Source: Octopus vulgaris (taxonomy: Eukaryota). Taken from it: a stretch of 64,000 bases of DNA. The notes under the pieces are model-generated. The model saw only the letters and a list, made by a program, of their open reading frames with translations, was not told the DNA's origin and searched no databases. Made by a program: the position numbers and the translations under genes. Positions 37,452-50,356 of the stretch are shown here, piece after piece; position 1 is the first letter of the stretch, and each line of letters begins with the position of its first letter. The stretch covers positions 96,224,001 to 96,288,000 of the forward strand of contig OX597824.1 in assembly GCA_951406725.2 (NCBI GenBank), written 5' to 3'.

Positions 37452-40227
37452 AGCAAAGCCGGTCTTAGAAGAGAATTCAGCTGCAGAACATAAAAGTCAG
37501 AACACAAACGACAATACTTTAACAATTGTACGTAGCTCTGCCTTACAATGCACAGTACACTTACAGCACATAATAGAGACTTCAGGGTAGATGGATATAT
37601 ACAATGCTTTGCCGTATGATGAAGGATACTGTACTAATGCCTCAATAGATTGCAGAGCTACAATGAAAAAGTCCCATGAAACCAGAAAAGAATTTCAGAA
37701 AACTACACCTGTTGACCTTAATATTTATAACAAAGAAGAATGAACGTAATGATTGATTAACAACCATGATCCAGAAAACCATTGAATACTTGTTATGAAG
37801 AGATGAATGAAAATGTAACACTAAGCATATTAAAATAGGTCAAGGGCTTGTGCCGTGCTTCAAATTTACCAAAACGTTTATTCAACAATTGAAGTATTGG
37901 TTTCAATTTGCAATGCTATATAAAAATACCGCTAACATTTCAGAGAATATAACTATTAAAATTTTGAAACTAAAAATCATAGATATTTTCTCATAGAGTG
38001 AAAAACATGACCTGAATTAATTAAAAAAGGTTTTGTTTTTTGTTTTTTCTGTCCAGATACATAATATGAGTTATGAATTGTAAGAGGCTAACATATCAAA
38101 TACAAATTCTGGCATTAGGAAGGGCGTGGGTTGGATGATTTGACTGAGGACTGGCGAACCAGATGGCTGCACCAGGCTCCAATCTGATCTGGCAGAGTTT
38201 CTACAGCTTGTTTCCCTTCCTAACACCAACCACTCCGAGAGTGTAGTGGGTGCTTTTTATGTGCCACCGGACACAAGGGCCATTATTAATGGAAAATAAG
38301 AATTAAAATGAATGCAAAAAAACTTCTTTTGAACTTGTCACCCCTGGGAACACACATACATGTATACATGCATACATATATATTCAGTGTAGAGACTCTG
38401 ATGATGATAATATTTGTTATCATCATTCAATCTTTTCAATCAATCAATCGACCATTTGAGTAAACAGAACTATGAACTCACCTATAATGTATAGCAGAAA
38501 CAACTGTAAGTCAAAGGTGCACAGATAAAGAAATACGTAAAGCCCATTATTTATGCTTTTTTTTTCTGTGAAAAAGGCCATATTAACTGGGGAATGTAGC
38601 CATGGATTTACAATATGAACACTTCAGATTTTGCCTGAGGATTACCTGGAGTTCTATGCTAATCTGAAAACATTTTGTTAGTCAGGTGTTTTTGTATTAA
38701 CAGAAAGCTTGAGAAGTATTTCCCCAGTTTGATAATCCCTTATTAATAACTATTAATTACATAACAGAACAAGGAAATGCTCTGTTTTCATTATCATTTT
38801 GATTTTAATTCTCATCTTGAAGAGTTCGTTTAGACAAACGAAAGAGCTAATAATAAAGAATTTTCCAAAATTCTGACTGCCTTCTTTTTTCTTGATATAT
38901 ATATCTATAAAAGGTAAATACTTGATCACAATTGTAAAGAGGATATTTTTGAAGGTGATAAAAATACTTAAAGAACATAAATAATGTGTGATGTTAAGAT
39001 AATGAAACTATGTCAATATTAACATTCATTTAAAAATGCATTTTAATATTGACATATAAGATGATAATGACAACAGTGATGATGATGATGATGATGATGT
39101 CATTCTTGGTTTTGGAGTCAATAGGGATAGAAAATTAAGACTTGTACATTCTCCGATGGTGTTTTATACAGAGTAAAATTTGATCAGTGATTAACACTCT
39201 CTGGGTCCCTGTGTCGTTTCCATTGCCCCATCTCTTCTGCTTAATTCTTTTCCATTTAATCAGCAGTCTCAGTTTTTAAAAAATTTTTTGATGCCCCTCT
39301 GTTTTAATATGACATTTTTACCATTTCTGCTGATTTATTTGAGCCTGGAAGAGCTCTTGCTTCAATTTGTCTTAGCACTTCTTGGAGCACTTCTTGGTTT
39401 ACACACAAATGCTAAGTTTAGTAAATGGAGCAGTGTTTAGAATCCTTCTGCTTCCCTTATTGACCACATAACAAATCCTATGGAATTATAGCTAGCTGGA
39501 ATTAGTGAGCCAAAGAATTTAATGGAGCAGCATATCTGGAGATGTAATAATATTTTATATTCCCTTTCTTTATAAATCTCAGACTTCATGTTTACATGAA
39601 AACAAAAAAATTAATTTTATCTACCAAAATGCAAAATTTACATAAACCTAAGAAAGAATAATTCTTTTTTTGGAATGATGAGACTCGAAGTAGAAAAAGC
39701 TAGGCGTGGCTGTGTGGTAACAAGCTTGCTTCCCAACCACAAGCTTCCGGGTTCAGTCCCACTGCACCTTGGGCAAGTGTCTTCTATTATAGCCTTGGGA
39801 TGACCAAAGCCATGTAAGTGGATTTGGTAGACAGAAACTGAAAGAAGCCTGTTGAGCGTGCACGCGCATGTGTGTGTGTGTGTGTGTGTGTACTTGTTCC
39901 CCTGCCATTGCTTGACAACCAATGCTGGTGTGTTTATGTCCCTGTAACTTAGTGGTTCAGCAATAGAGACCGATAGAATAAGTACCAGGCTTACAAAGAA
40001 TAAGTCCTGCGGTCGATTTCTTCAACCAAAACTCTTTAAGGTGGTGCTCCAGCATGGCCACAGTCTAATGACTGAAACAAGTAAAAGAATAAATGAACAT
40101 TTAACAGTGTGTAAATATGGGGCTAAAGACCCTAGCTTGATCTGCTTCAAGTTTCACCATTCCAAAAGAGAATTTTCTTGAAATTTCTACATCCTTAAGA
40201 CATCAACAACAAAAAAGATTGTCTTAC

Positions 40228-40285
40228 CATCACAGTTGCATAAGGATTCGATTTGGTTGGAATAACTGAAGAATGCAAGCCTTCA
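40228..40285 (-). CDS. KIF16B: KIF16B exon
   Basis: cag|...|gtaaga; 58 nt, phase 2-0; SEGLHSSVIPTKSNPYATVM. Confidence 0.85.
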
Positions 40286-40721
40286 CTGCAAAGACAAAGA
40301 AATAACATTTAATGATGAACAAAATGGTTTGGTTAAATATAATATTCTACAAGGACAAGCTTCGTTTTTGTAATGAATCCCAAACTTTTGTATGAAATAA
40401 GATCAACAAATAGAAACAAGCGTAGCTGTGTGGTGAAGAAGCTTGTTTTGCAACCACGAGGTTTTGGGTTCAGTCCCACTGCATGGCACCTTGGGCAGGT
40501 GTCTTCTACTATGGCCTTGGGCCGACCAATGCCTTGTGAGTGAATATAGCAAATAACTGAAACTGCATAAGCCTGTCATATATATATGTGTGTGAGTGTG
40601 TGTATTTATATGGTATGTGTATTTATGTGGTGTGGTGGTATGTGTGTGTATTTATGTGGTGTGTGTGTGCATCTTTGTGACTCTCCTCCCACCATTAAAC
40701 AACCAGTATCACTTTGTTTAC

Positions 40722-40992
40722 ATTATAATAATAATGAAATTATTGTATACAGTGCTCAGGTGCACTACAACTCATTAAAGGTGCATGTGCAGTACATAGA
40801 ATTATGTACAAAAGTCAAGAAAGTGAACAATGTATGAGTTATGATATACATGTGTGCATGCGTATGGAGGGGGCAGACATCAGGTGTAGTGTTGGCGAAT
40901 TTCAGGACGCAACTAACAACTGATGCAGGTAGTTTTTCCATGTTTCAGCAACTCTCAGTGTGAAAAAATGTTTCCAGAAGTCATGGGAACTC
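40722..40992 (-). mobile_element. CR1/L2-group LINE 3' fragment with internal deletion
   Basis: Reverse complement of parts of 42913-43125. Confidence 0.8.
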
Positions 40993-41458
40993 AACTGGCA
41001 CTTAAATCCTCGAAAGAATGAAAGGTAAAGTTGACTTCAGTGGAATTTGAACTCAGAATGTAAGGACATATGAAATACCGCTAAGCATTTTGCCCAGTGT
41101 GCTAAACAGTTCTGCCAGTTCACCACTTTCAGCTGAACAAATAATAGAAGCCTATAAGCAGAACACAGATAAACGGTTTGAGATAGTTATTCACAAGACA
41201 ACCCACACAACTGCAACAACAAAACACTGAACACAGACCCTTCAAACAATTGATCATTCTCAATCCGGGTACATTCAAATGGCACACAAACCAACAAAGG
41301 ACACTCTGTGTGGTTGTCTGATCTGTTTTACAAAAGAAAAGAAAAATGAAAAAAGCAGCCAGATATTCCATGGTTTACACAACAGATGCTTTTCAGAAAA
41401 GAACACATTAAATAAACATTTGTAAACAAAACAAAAAAAAAGAGATTATTACTCATAC

Positions 41459-41506
41459 CTGGAATACTTTTGATGATTGGTTATCTCGAGTAGAGCTCTA
41501 ATGGGG
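41459..41506 (-). CDS. KIF16B: Possible 48-nt cassette exon of KIF16B
   Basis: gttgttgtttag|...CAG|gtatga; symmetric phase 2-2 and open (SPIRALLEITNHQKYS); a second in-frame acceptor would start it at 41497. Not required for frame. Confidence 0.45.
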
Positions 41507-41828
41507 CTAAACAACAACCTCAGTTGCTGTTGTTGTGGTAGCCGTTGTCATTGTCATCACTGTCACCACTACTACTACTACTACTATCATCATCATCATC
41601 ATCACAACCAAATGAGTGTTGGTGATAGGAAAGGCATCCAGCCATAGAAAATGTGCCTCAACAAACCCTGACTCCTCATGCAAGCATGGAAACAGTGGAC
41701 ATCAAAAATGATGATGAAGATGATTCGTAAATAAATGTGAAGAGACTGATACAGCTAAAGCAGCAATGTGATTCTTCATGAAACTTTTTTCAGAAATACA
41801 GAGTAATGTGGTTTCCTTGTGAACTCAC

Positions 41829-42008
41829 CTTCGTTCATATTTGGCCTTCAATTGTTTCATTTCACGGCTGTGCATCACTTTCAAGCGAGAAATCTCTTCG
41901 TCTCTCTCTTTCTTCTCTTGTTCCTTCTCGATTCGACGTTGTTTTTCTCTCTGAACTTTTTCTTCAAAAAGTCTTCGTCGTACCTCCTGTTCAACAAGGC
42001 TGTTAATC
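41829..42008 (-). CDS. KIF16B: KIF16B exon, coiled coil
   Basis: tag|...|gtgagt; 180 nt, phase 2-2; RINSLVEQEVRRRLFEEK...KAKYER. Confidence 0.93.
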
Positions 42009-42529
42009 CTAAAAAACCAAAGAATACGGTTAAAATACGTATTTTAAATATCACGTTGAAATCTGGCTTTTTTTGGTATTTTGTTAATTTTCCTTTTTTT
42101 TTTTTATAAATATCACAACTATTTTTCAAGTTGGATTCTTATTACAAATACACTGGTTCTTCATTATTTTTTGCAGCTTCACCTCTTTGAGTAGTTGCTA
42201 TGCTTAGCGCCCACCTGAGTGGCGAATAAGGTATCATGATGAAACTAGCCTAACAGAGATGATAATTTATAAATTTGGCTCTAAAAATGGATTGTGTAAG
42301 CTTTTAACAGTGAAATGATAAAAAATTAATGAAGACAAAAGTTGTAAATTTACTATATTCGTTACAAGTTAATGAATTGCCTCTGCCTGATGAGATCTCA
42401 TTATATTTTGATAACCATCACTAGTTTAATCATGTATAATATAATTACCACTACAGGTAACATTTAGGATGTTAATTATGTTACGTCAATACCTCACCTC
42501 ACTACCCCTAAAGCCTAATGCTCCCTTTG

Positions 42530-43130
42530 AGGCCGAGGGTGTCTTGGCATCACTCAGCAGGTCTTTTGTTAGCCACTCTCCAGCCATCTATTTAAAACTG
42601 TATACAGCTATGGTACGACCACACTTGGAATTCGCATCATCAGTTTGGAACCCCTATCTTGCACAGAACATTGACCTCCTGGAATCTGTCCAGAGACGTG
42701 CAACCAAACGCATACCCTCCATCAGACACCTACCATATTCTGAGCGCCTTGTTTCCCTGGGCATGGATTCACTGAAGCTCTGGCGTTTGGCGACGGACTT
42801 GGTAAACACCCACAAAGTTATCAACCACCTCACCAACAACAACACTGAACACCTTTTTGATCTCCATGTGTCTAACACACGTGGACATGCCTACAAAGTC
42901 AGAAAACAATACAGCTCCCATGACTTTCGGAAACATTTTTTCACGCTCAGAGTTGCTGAAGCATGGAATAAACTGCCTGCGTCAGTTGTTGACTGCCATG
43001 ACTCTGCATCTTTTAAGGCCCTCATGCTTTCCGAAATCCGCCGAAACTACACCTGATTATATATACACTTTAGATGAGTTGTAGTGCACCTGAGCACTGT
43101 ACACAATTATTATTATTATTATTATTATAT
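42530..43130 (+). mobile_element. CR1/L2-group LINE 3' fragment with open reading frame and (ATT)n tail
   Basis: LYTAMVRPHLEFASSVWNPY..LESVQRRATK..TRGHAYKV..FFTLRVAEAWNKLP (ORF 42469..43056). Confidence 0.9.
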
Positions 43131-43852
43131 GCCCCAATGTCCCCTTGGGGGCAGTATTGTTCACGTTGAGAACCTTTGCTGTTTTCGATGGCATAAAAGA
43201 CGCACATGCATATTAAACACATCTTTATTATATTTATTACAAAGATGCATTGGGTGGGACGGGGTGACACTTGTTGCACATTGTGAATTGTAAGGATAGG
43301 CTGAGTGCAACTGAGTTTCTGTTCTTGTGTAACCTCAGGGGTGAGCTCTGACTGAACAGACCTACAAGCAAAGACATCCCACCTATGACTATTCTAATAT
43401 TTATTCAGACATGATGTACCTGAGACTATTTAACCAATGTGTCATCCCTTTTATAACAGCAGCAGCTGCAGTTGCCGCCACCACTGCCACCACCACCACC
43501 ATCATCATCATCGTCATCTATTCTCCACTAAGGTCCAATGTCTACTTCTGCATGGTTTCTACAGTTGGATGTCCTTCCTAACACTAACCACTTCACAGAG
43601 TGTACAGGTTGCTCTTTTTTGTGGGACCAGCACTGATAAGGTCCCTAAGTATTTGTACAACAAGACCCCTCAACCAAGTGATGTACAGCATGTATGGTTG
43701 TTCTTAAATGTTACTTTAAAGTAACCCTCATGCCATAAACCTGCTCAGTACAACTGACTGGGGTTACTCAATCACAACAGTTTTCTATGTCACAAATGAG
43801 GGTTACAACCCTTTTTTTTGAAACAATAAAAGGAGTGAAATGCTAGTCTCAC

Positions 43853-44001
43853 CTCTCTTGGTTTTCCAGTTCCTGAAGTTTGTACTTTTCGTATTCAATT
43901 CTTTCCAATTCAGCATCTCGCTCCTCTTCAAAGATTCGAATTTTCTCTTCGAGTTGGGTCTCAGCAATCTTGTACTGTTGCTTGATTTCTTGGAGGGACA
44001 G
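43853..44001 (-). CDS. KIF16B: KIF16B exon, coiled coil
   Basis: aag|...|gtgaga; 149 nt, phase 0-2; LSLQEIKQQYKIAETQLEEKIRIFEEERDAELERIEYEKYKLQELENQE. Confidence 0.88.
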
Positions 44002-44305
44002 CTTCAAGTAGAGAAAGACAACTTAGAATTGTGGGCACAATAGCAAAGTGACTATTTCTCTAACAAACCACAAACTTATCAATCAGTGTAAATTAGAAAT
44101 TCCACAACTAATTGTCCTTTCAAAACATACAAATTTCACACTGACCATACATACACAAGAAGCCATTTAAACATAAGTCAAAAAGGAAACCTCTTCATGG
44201 TCGTTTGACCTACTAGAAATAGCAACCAAATCTCCCTGAAATCACAACTTATAGCTTAAAAATTGAAGGAGGCAGTGTGGTTAAGAAGCTCACTTTGCAA
44301 CCAAG

Positions 44306-44623
44306 GAGTCATACACGAAGGAGTCATACCCAATGACTGGTGTGGCAGCATAATAGTCAACTGCTACAAAGCTAAAGGTGACGCTTTAGATACAAATAAT
44401 TACAGAGGTATGAAGTTGTTGGATCAGGTAATGAAGGTCATGGAGAGGGTCATAGCCCAACTAATTAGGGAGAGAGTCAGTCTAGATGAGATGCAGTTTG
44501 GGTTTGTGCCAGGGAAAAGCACCACTGATGCTATATTTCTGGTAAGACAGCTGCAGGAGAAATACCTGGCCAAAAATAAACCTCTGTACCTGGCTTTTGT
44601 TTACATGGAGAAAGCCTTTGACA
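44306..44623 (+). mobile_element. RTE-type reverse transcriptase fragment
   Basis: IPNDW..KGDALDTNNYRGMKLL..QFGFVPGKSTTDAIF..LYLAFVYMEKAFD. Confidence 0.9.
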
Positions 44624-45786
44624 AGGCTACAAATTTTGTAAATGATACGCTGTTGAAGTCCTTGGCTTATTTGCATCAGCTCTAGGATGCCATTTGGACT
44701 GGGATCATAAAAAGCTGCAACTGAACAAACATAAGACTATTGTTACTGATGATGCTGTTCATGATGAAGATGACGTGTGCCTTCTGTATTTCTTGCTCTG
44801 AGGAATCACTTTGTATTTCATATTACAATGATTGTGGCCATTGCTAGCCTACCCTGGCACCTGTGCTGGTGACACCTAAAAAGCGGCATCCGTACGTGGC
44901 TGATGCCAGTGCCGTCTTGACTGGCTTGTGCCGGTAGCACGTAAAAAGCACCAACCGATCGTGGCTGTTGCCAGCCTCCCCTGGCACTTGTGTCGGTGGC
45001 ACATAAAAAAAGCATCCACTACACTCACGGAGTGGTTGGCGTTAGGAAGGGCATCCAGCTGTAGAAACTCTGCCAGATCAGACTGGAGCCTGGTGTAGCC
45101 TCCTGGCTTCCCAGACCCCAGTCAAACCATCCAACCCATGCTAGCATTGAGAACGGACATTAAACGATGATGATGATGATGAATGAATTACAAACTTTGA
45201 ATGGAGTTGAAAATTGTAAAAATGAATTTTTTTTTTTTAATTGATAAGAAAATGAAGTGTAACTAATAGAAAAAGTAACCTGGCCAACCTGAACAAATGT
45301 TGGATGACATACGTGTCAAACTAGAAATAGTGTGCACACACCTTGTATATGTGCAGAGTGACACATGGCAAGTGTGTATATGCCCATGTGCCACATTACT
45401 GCATATAGGTCATGAACTTCTAGCTCTGATCTCACACACTGTTATTTCATTGTTTGTATTAACCCTAACACACATTTATCTCGACCTTTCAGATTAGAAC
45501 TAACTCTGGCTAATCTATTAAATTTTATCAGTGATGACCTTGTGTAAGTGTGATATATTCTTACTGACTCATTGTAGCACTTCTACTAACAATGGTAAAC
45601 TAATCAAGTGTTATCTCCGGTATGACTTGACTTGTTGCACGTTTCCATTAATGTATATAAAAAAAATAAAAGACAGAAAGACAGTAAGAAAGGAAAAAAA
45701 AAACCCTGTGAAAGTGCCTCAAGGGAAACAGCACCGAGTTTCTCAGAATTAAACTTCATGAAATAAACCTTCCATACTTTAACTGG

Positions 45787-46398
45787 TACGAGGGAGGGGC
45801 GAAAAGTTCCTAGGCTGACTATGAAGGAGAGATACTAGAGCTGTGAAACCTTGCAGGCTTTAATTTCAACCCTTCTTATTAATAACTGCATTGTTCCTTA
45901 TTTCTTGACTACCCACAAGGGGCTAAACATAGAGAGGACAAAGAAGGACTCACAAAGGTATTAAGTCGATTACATCGAACCCAGTGCGTAACTGGTACTT
46001 AATTTATCGACCCCGAGAGGATGAAAGGTAAAGTCGACCTCGGTGGAATTTGAACTCAGAACGTAATGGCAGACGAAATGTTGTTAAGCATTTCACCTGG
46101 CATGCTAACGATTCTGCCAACTTGCCACCTTTAATAACTGCATTGTTTCTTTCCAGCTCAACTGACATCTGACTGTTCAAAGAACACTTCAGAAGTAACT
46201 GGTAGTGACCTCTCTTGGAAATGGACAACATTTGGCATCATGGTGTTATCAAGAATCTGCCGAAAAAGGGTTTAGCCCCCAATAGCATTCATGCTGATGG
46301 GGGTTGCTACATTAGGAGATGATGCTCCAGCTTTATCAACATTGCAAAAGTGGGAAGCTGAATTTAGGAGAGGAAGGAAGAGTGCTGAAGATGACCCA
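45787..46398 (+). pseudogene. Mariner transposon 5' fragment (TIR plus HTH) with nested SINE B
   Basis: TA|CGAGGGAGGGGCGAAAAGTTCC TIR; MDNIWHHGVIK..LGDDAPALSTLQKWEAEFRRGRKSAEDDP; SINE 45896-46130 with TSD TTAATAACTGCATTGTT (45879-45895 / 46131-46147). Confidence 0.85.
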
Positions 46399-47347
46399 GC
46401 ATCCGTGTCGGTGACACATAAAAGCACCAACCGATTGTGGCCGTTTGCCAGCCTGCTCTGGCCCCTGTGCTGGTGGCACGTAAAAATCACCCACTACACT
46501 CACGGAGTGGTTGGCATTAGGAAAGGCATCCAGCTGTAGAAACACTGCCAAATCAGACTGGAGCCTGGTGCAGCCTCCATGGCTTCCCAGACCCCAGTCG
46601 AACCGTCCAACCCATGCTAGCATGGAAAATGGACGTTAAATGATGATGATGATGATTAAACCATACAGAAATGAAAATTTTTGCTGGTGTCAAGTAAAAA
46701 GCACTGGTGATGGTGCCATACAAAGAGCACCAGTGCTGGTGCCATGTAAAAAAACCACAGAGTATACTTAGTAAAGTGGTTGATGCTAGGAAGGGCAACC
46801 AGATGCAGAAATCATGCTGAAACAGACTAGAGAACCTGGGGTAGCTCCTGGCCTGGTCAGCTCCTGTCAAACCATCCAACCTATGCTAGTATGAAAAAAT
46901 AGACATTAAATGATGATGGTGATGATGATGATGAAGATAATGATGATGATACCGTGGAGTGTTAATGGGTTAAAATTTTGGCATAAAGCCAGCAGTTTAA
47001 GTGGAGGAGTAAGTCAATTACATTGACCCCAGTATTCAACTGGTACTTATTTTATTGACCCTGAAAGGATGAAAGGCAAAGTCAACCTCAGTGGGATTTG
47101 AACTCAGAACAAAGAATTGCCACTAAGCTTTTTGTCTGACATACTAACAAATCTGCCAGCTCACTGGTATACAGTGGTGTGTTAATGACAGGATGCAAAT
47201 TGCTAATTTGTTAGTTTCATTATCTATGGCTCTTACGTTAAACGCACACACACACATGGTATATTTATCATGCCAACTGAATAAAATAAAGGTAATTCTG
47301 AATCTGTTTGGGTTTGGGAAGTTTGCTAAATAAAACGGTCAACTCAC

Positions 47348-47454
47348 ATTTGAAGTGTTTTCTTCAATAGAATTTTGTCTCTGCTTGGAGGAAGAAACTC
47401 TCTTAGGCACTTCGTGAATTTCTCCATTGTATTCAATAGAAAATGAAGGTGAAC
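47348..47454 (-). CDS. KIF16B: KIF16B exon
   Basis: cag|...|gtgagt; 107 nt, phase 1-0; GSPSFSIEYNGEIHEVPKRVSSSKQRQNSIEENTSN. Confidence 0.88.
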
Positions 47455-47771
47455 CTGTTAAAAGAAATTATAGGAATAGACATAAACGATTTTACAAGAA
47501 CAGCAATAATTAATATTCTCTTTGCTCATAATAAATATGTGCAGTGATCCCTCGCTACTTTGTGGTTCAACTATTGCAGATTCACGACTTTGCGGATTTT
47601 TAAATTATATATATATATATATGAATGTGAGTGTGTTACATTATAAGGCACAAAAAGAAAATGACTCTCCCCAGACACAACAGAAAATGCTTCAACACAC
47701 AAACTCATAAAGAATCTTGCAAACCAAATCCAAAAACGAAAAGAAAAATAATTTATAATTAATTCACTTAC

Positions 47772-47824
47772 CATTCTTTAATTTTTGTTTTGTTGGACTG
47801 GACTGTTCCAAAAGGGCAAGAAGC
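47772..47824 (-). CDS. KIF16B: KIF16B exon
   Basis: tag|...|gtaagt; 53 nt, phase 2-1; RLLALLEQSSPTKQKLKN; needed to restore phase between its neighbours. Confidence 0.88.
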
Positions 47825-49526
47825 CTAGAAGAGAAATAACCAAATAAACATCTTAATAAAAATGCTGATGAGGAAAAAACCAATTATGTGAAGAGTGTAA
47901 AAATACAATGACAAACAGTAAGCAACATCATCATCACTCATCATTTAACATCTGCTTTCTATGCTGGCATGGGTTGGACGGTTTGACAGGAGCTGGCCAA
48001 GCAGAAGACTGCACCAGAATTCTGAGTCTGTTTTGGCAGGGTTTTTATGGCTGGATGCTCTTCCATTGAGTGATATGCTGTGCTTGTGAAGACTTGATGA
48101 ACTGAGTGGAATCGTAGCCATGGCCGATGCCAGTGCTGTCTGACTGGCACCCATGTCAGTGACATGCAAAAAGAGCATCATTCAAGCATTGGGCCTCATG
48201 GATACAGTGACAGGTGACCAAGACTCTCGACGATATATCATGCCTGTGCTGACCGGTCAAACCAAGTGAGACCATAGTTGTAGCCAAAACCAATGTCAGG
48301 TCAATGGCACCCATGCCAGTGCCGCATAAAAAGGAAACAATCTACACTCTCGGAGTGGTTGGCATTAGGAAGGGCCTCCAATCTTGCCAAATCAGATTGG
48401 AACCTGGTGCAGCCCTCCGGCTTACTAGTTTTCTACCAAACCATCCAATTCATGCCAGCATGGAAAGTGGACATTAAACAATGATGATATATGGTTAGGA
48501 AGCAAGAACAGACAAAGGGATTAAGTCAATTACATTGACCCCAGTGTATAACTGGTACTTAATTTATCGACCCCAAAAGGATGAAAGGCAAAGTCGACCT
48601 CAGTGGAATTTGAACTAAGAACACAGTGGCGGACGAAATATCACAAAGCATTTCACCTGGTGTGCTAACGTTTCTGCCAGCTTGCCGCCTTCTTACCACA
48701 CAGCCACACCTGTGCCAGTCCACCTTTCCTATTCCTGTTTCTATGCTCTCTTTCATATTCACCTTCCACCTTGACCTCACATCTCTCTATCTCTCTCTCT
48801 TCAGTAAGGCAACAGATCCTACTTCCATATCCCTCAATACTAAATGCCACTTAGTGGGATGGGGGGGGGGTTTGTCTTGCAAGTACTCAGTAACCCCCAC
48901 AAGTGCTGGTGCCATGAGAAAAGCATCCAGTCCACACTGGGAAGTCATTGGTGTTAAGAAAGGCCACCAGCTGTAGAAACCATGCCAAAGAAGACATTAC
49001 AGGTTGATGTAGTATCTGGCTCTTCGGTCCCTGTTGAACCATCTAACCCATGCCAGCATAGAAAAAAAAGACATATAATGATGATGATGTGTATAAAATA
49101 CTATTAGCAATATATGATGATGTGGGTTAGAGAATATCACATGGTGTGTATAAAATACTACCAGACGTGTGTAACATACTGTTATGAGAAATATAATATA
49201 ATTACTATTCCGTTAATTGTGTAATATAATATTGGATGAAGTGTGTAATTAATTTTGCGAAAAGTGGATAAAAACCCTGAGATTGAATCTGAAGTTGCAT
49301 TAAGGAGAAAAAAGAAACCCGTGGAAAATCATTGTTTGACCCCAGATCATCTTTGATCAAGCAGACTTATAAATAAAGTCACTCAAACTATGACCATTCT
49401 GCGGGATTGAACCCAAAACCATGTGATTGTAAAGCATGCTTCTTAACCACATGGTCATAACCTGTGCTTTTTGCAAAAATTCTAGGAAATTAGATTGACA
49501 ACAGAATATCTAAAAATCTAATTTAC

Positions 49527-50356
49527 CTTCGTTTTTCTTTGGCAATTCTCTCGAGTTCAAGGCTTTCCTGCTTCTCCACTTGGTCTTGTCTCTTCTTCAG
49601 TTCTATTATAGATGTTTGAAGGTTTCCATCTTGTTCTTCTGACTGTTTCATCATCTGTTCTTGTTTTACAGAAAGTTCATTAATTTCACTGACCAATTTT
49701 TCAGTAGAAATCTTTAGATTCTTCTCCATATCTTGCAAGATTTCTTCCTGCATCTTAACCGAACTTTCCCGTTCTTCCAAAATCAGGGATTTTTCATAAA
49801 CCTGTTTTTCAATGCGAAACTTCTCCGATTGCCTCAATGCGTTCTTTTCCTGATCAATTTGATCTTTTTGTTCATTAAAAGACTTTGTGAACAGGTCTTT
49901 CTTATCATCATATCTTTGTAAATAACTTTTCTCCCCCTTAATATGTTCCTCCTCGTGAACAAGCAGCTCCTTCATAGCAGCTTCCAATTCTTCAATTTCC
50001 ACATTGATCTTTTCTCTGTCTTCACCATTTTTTGCTTTGGTATATTCTTCCTGTTTTAGCTTCTGGTGTTTTTCAAGTTCCTGCTTAGCATCCTCGATTT
50101 CTTGTTTCGCAAAATTGATATCCTCAAAGTCCTTCTTGTGTTGTATTTCAAAGTCTTTCATAGAATTTTCATATTCTTGAATCAATTCGATCTCTTTATT
50201 TTCAAGCTGGTACCATTTCTTCTTCACTTCTTCTCCCTGAGTTTCAATCCATCCATCATGCGCTGCTGTAAATTCAGAGAATTTTTTGCCAGCCTCTTGA
50301 AGCTCGTAGGTCAAACCTTCAATTATCTTTTTGTCACCTTCCAATTCTCGTCTCAT
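49527..50356 (-). CDS. KIF16B: KIF16B large coiled-coil exon
   Basis: Long pyrimidine tract then aag|...|gtaaat; 830 nt, phase 0-2; E/K/Q-rich, within ORF 49523..50419. Confidence 0.92.

Noticed and set aside
42175-42240. GGCGAAT motif resembling HDV/CPEB3 ribozyme J4/2
   Set aside because: No matching P1, P2 or P3 helices could be built upstream.
42469-43056. 195-aa ORF as a domesticated or nested gene
   Set aside because: It is the truncated C-terminus of a LINE ORF2, present several times in the window and lacking the RT core.
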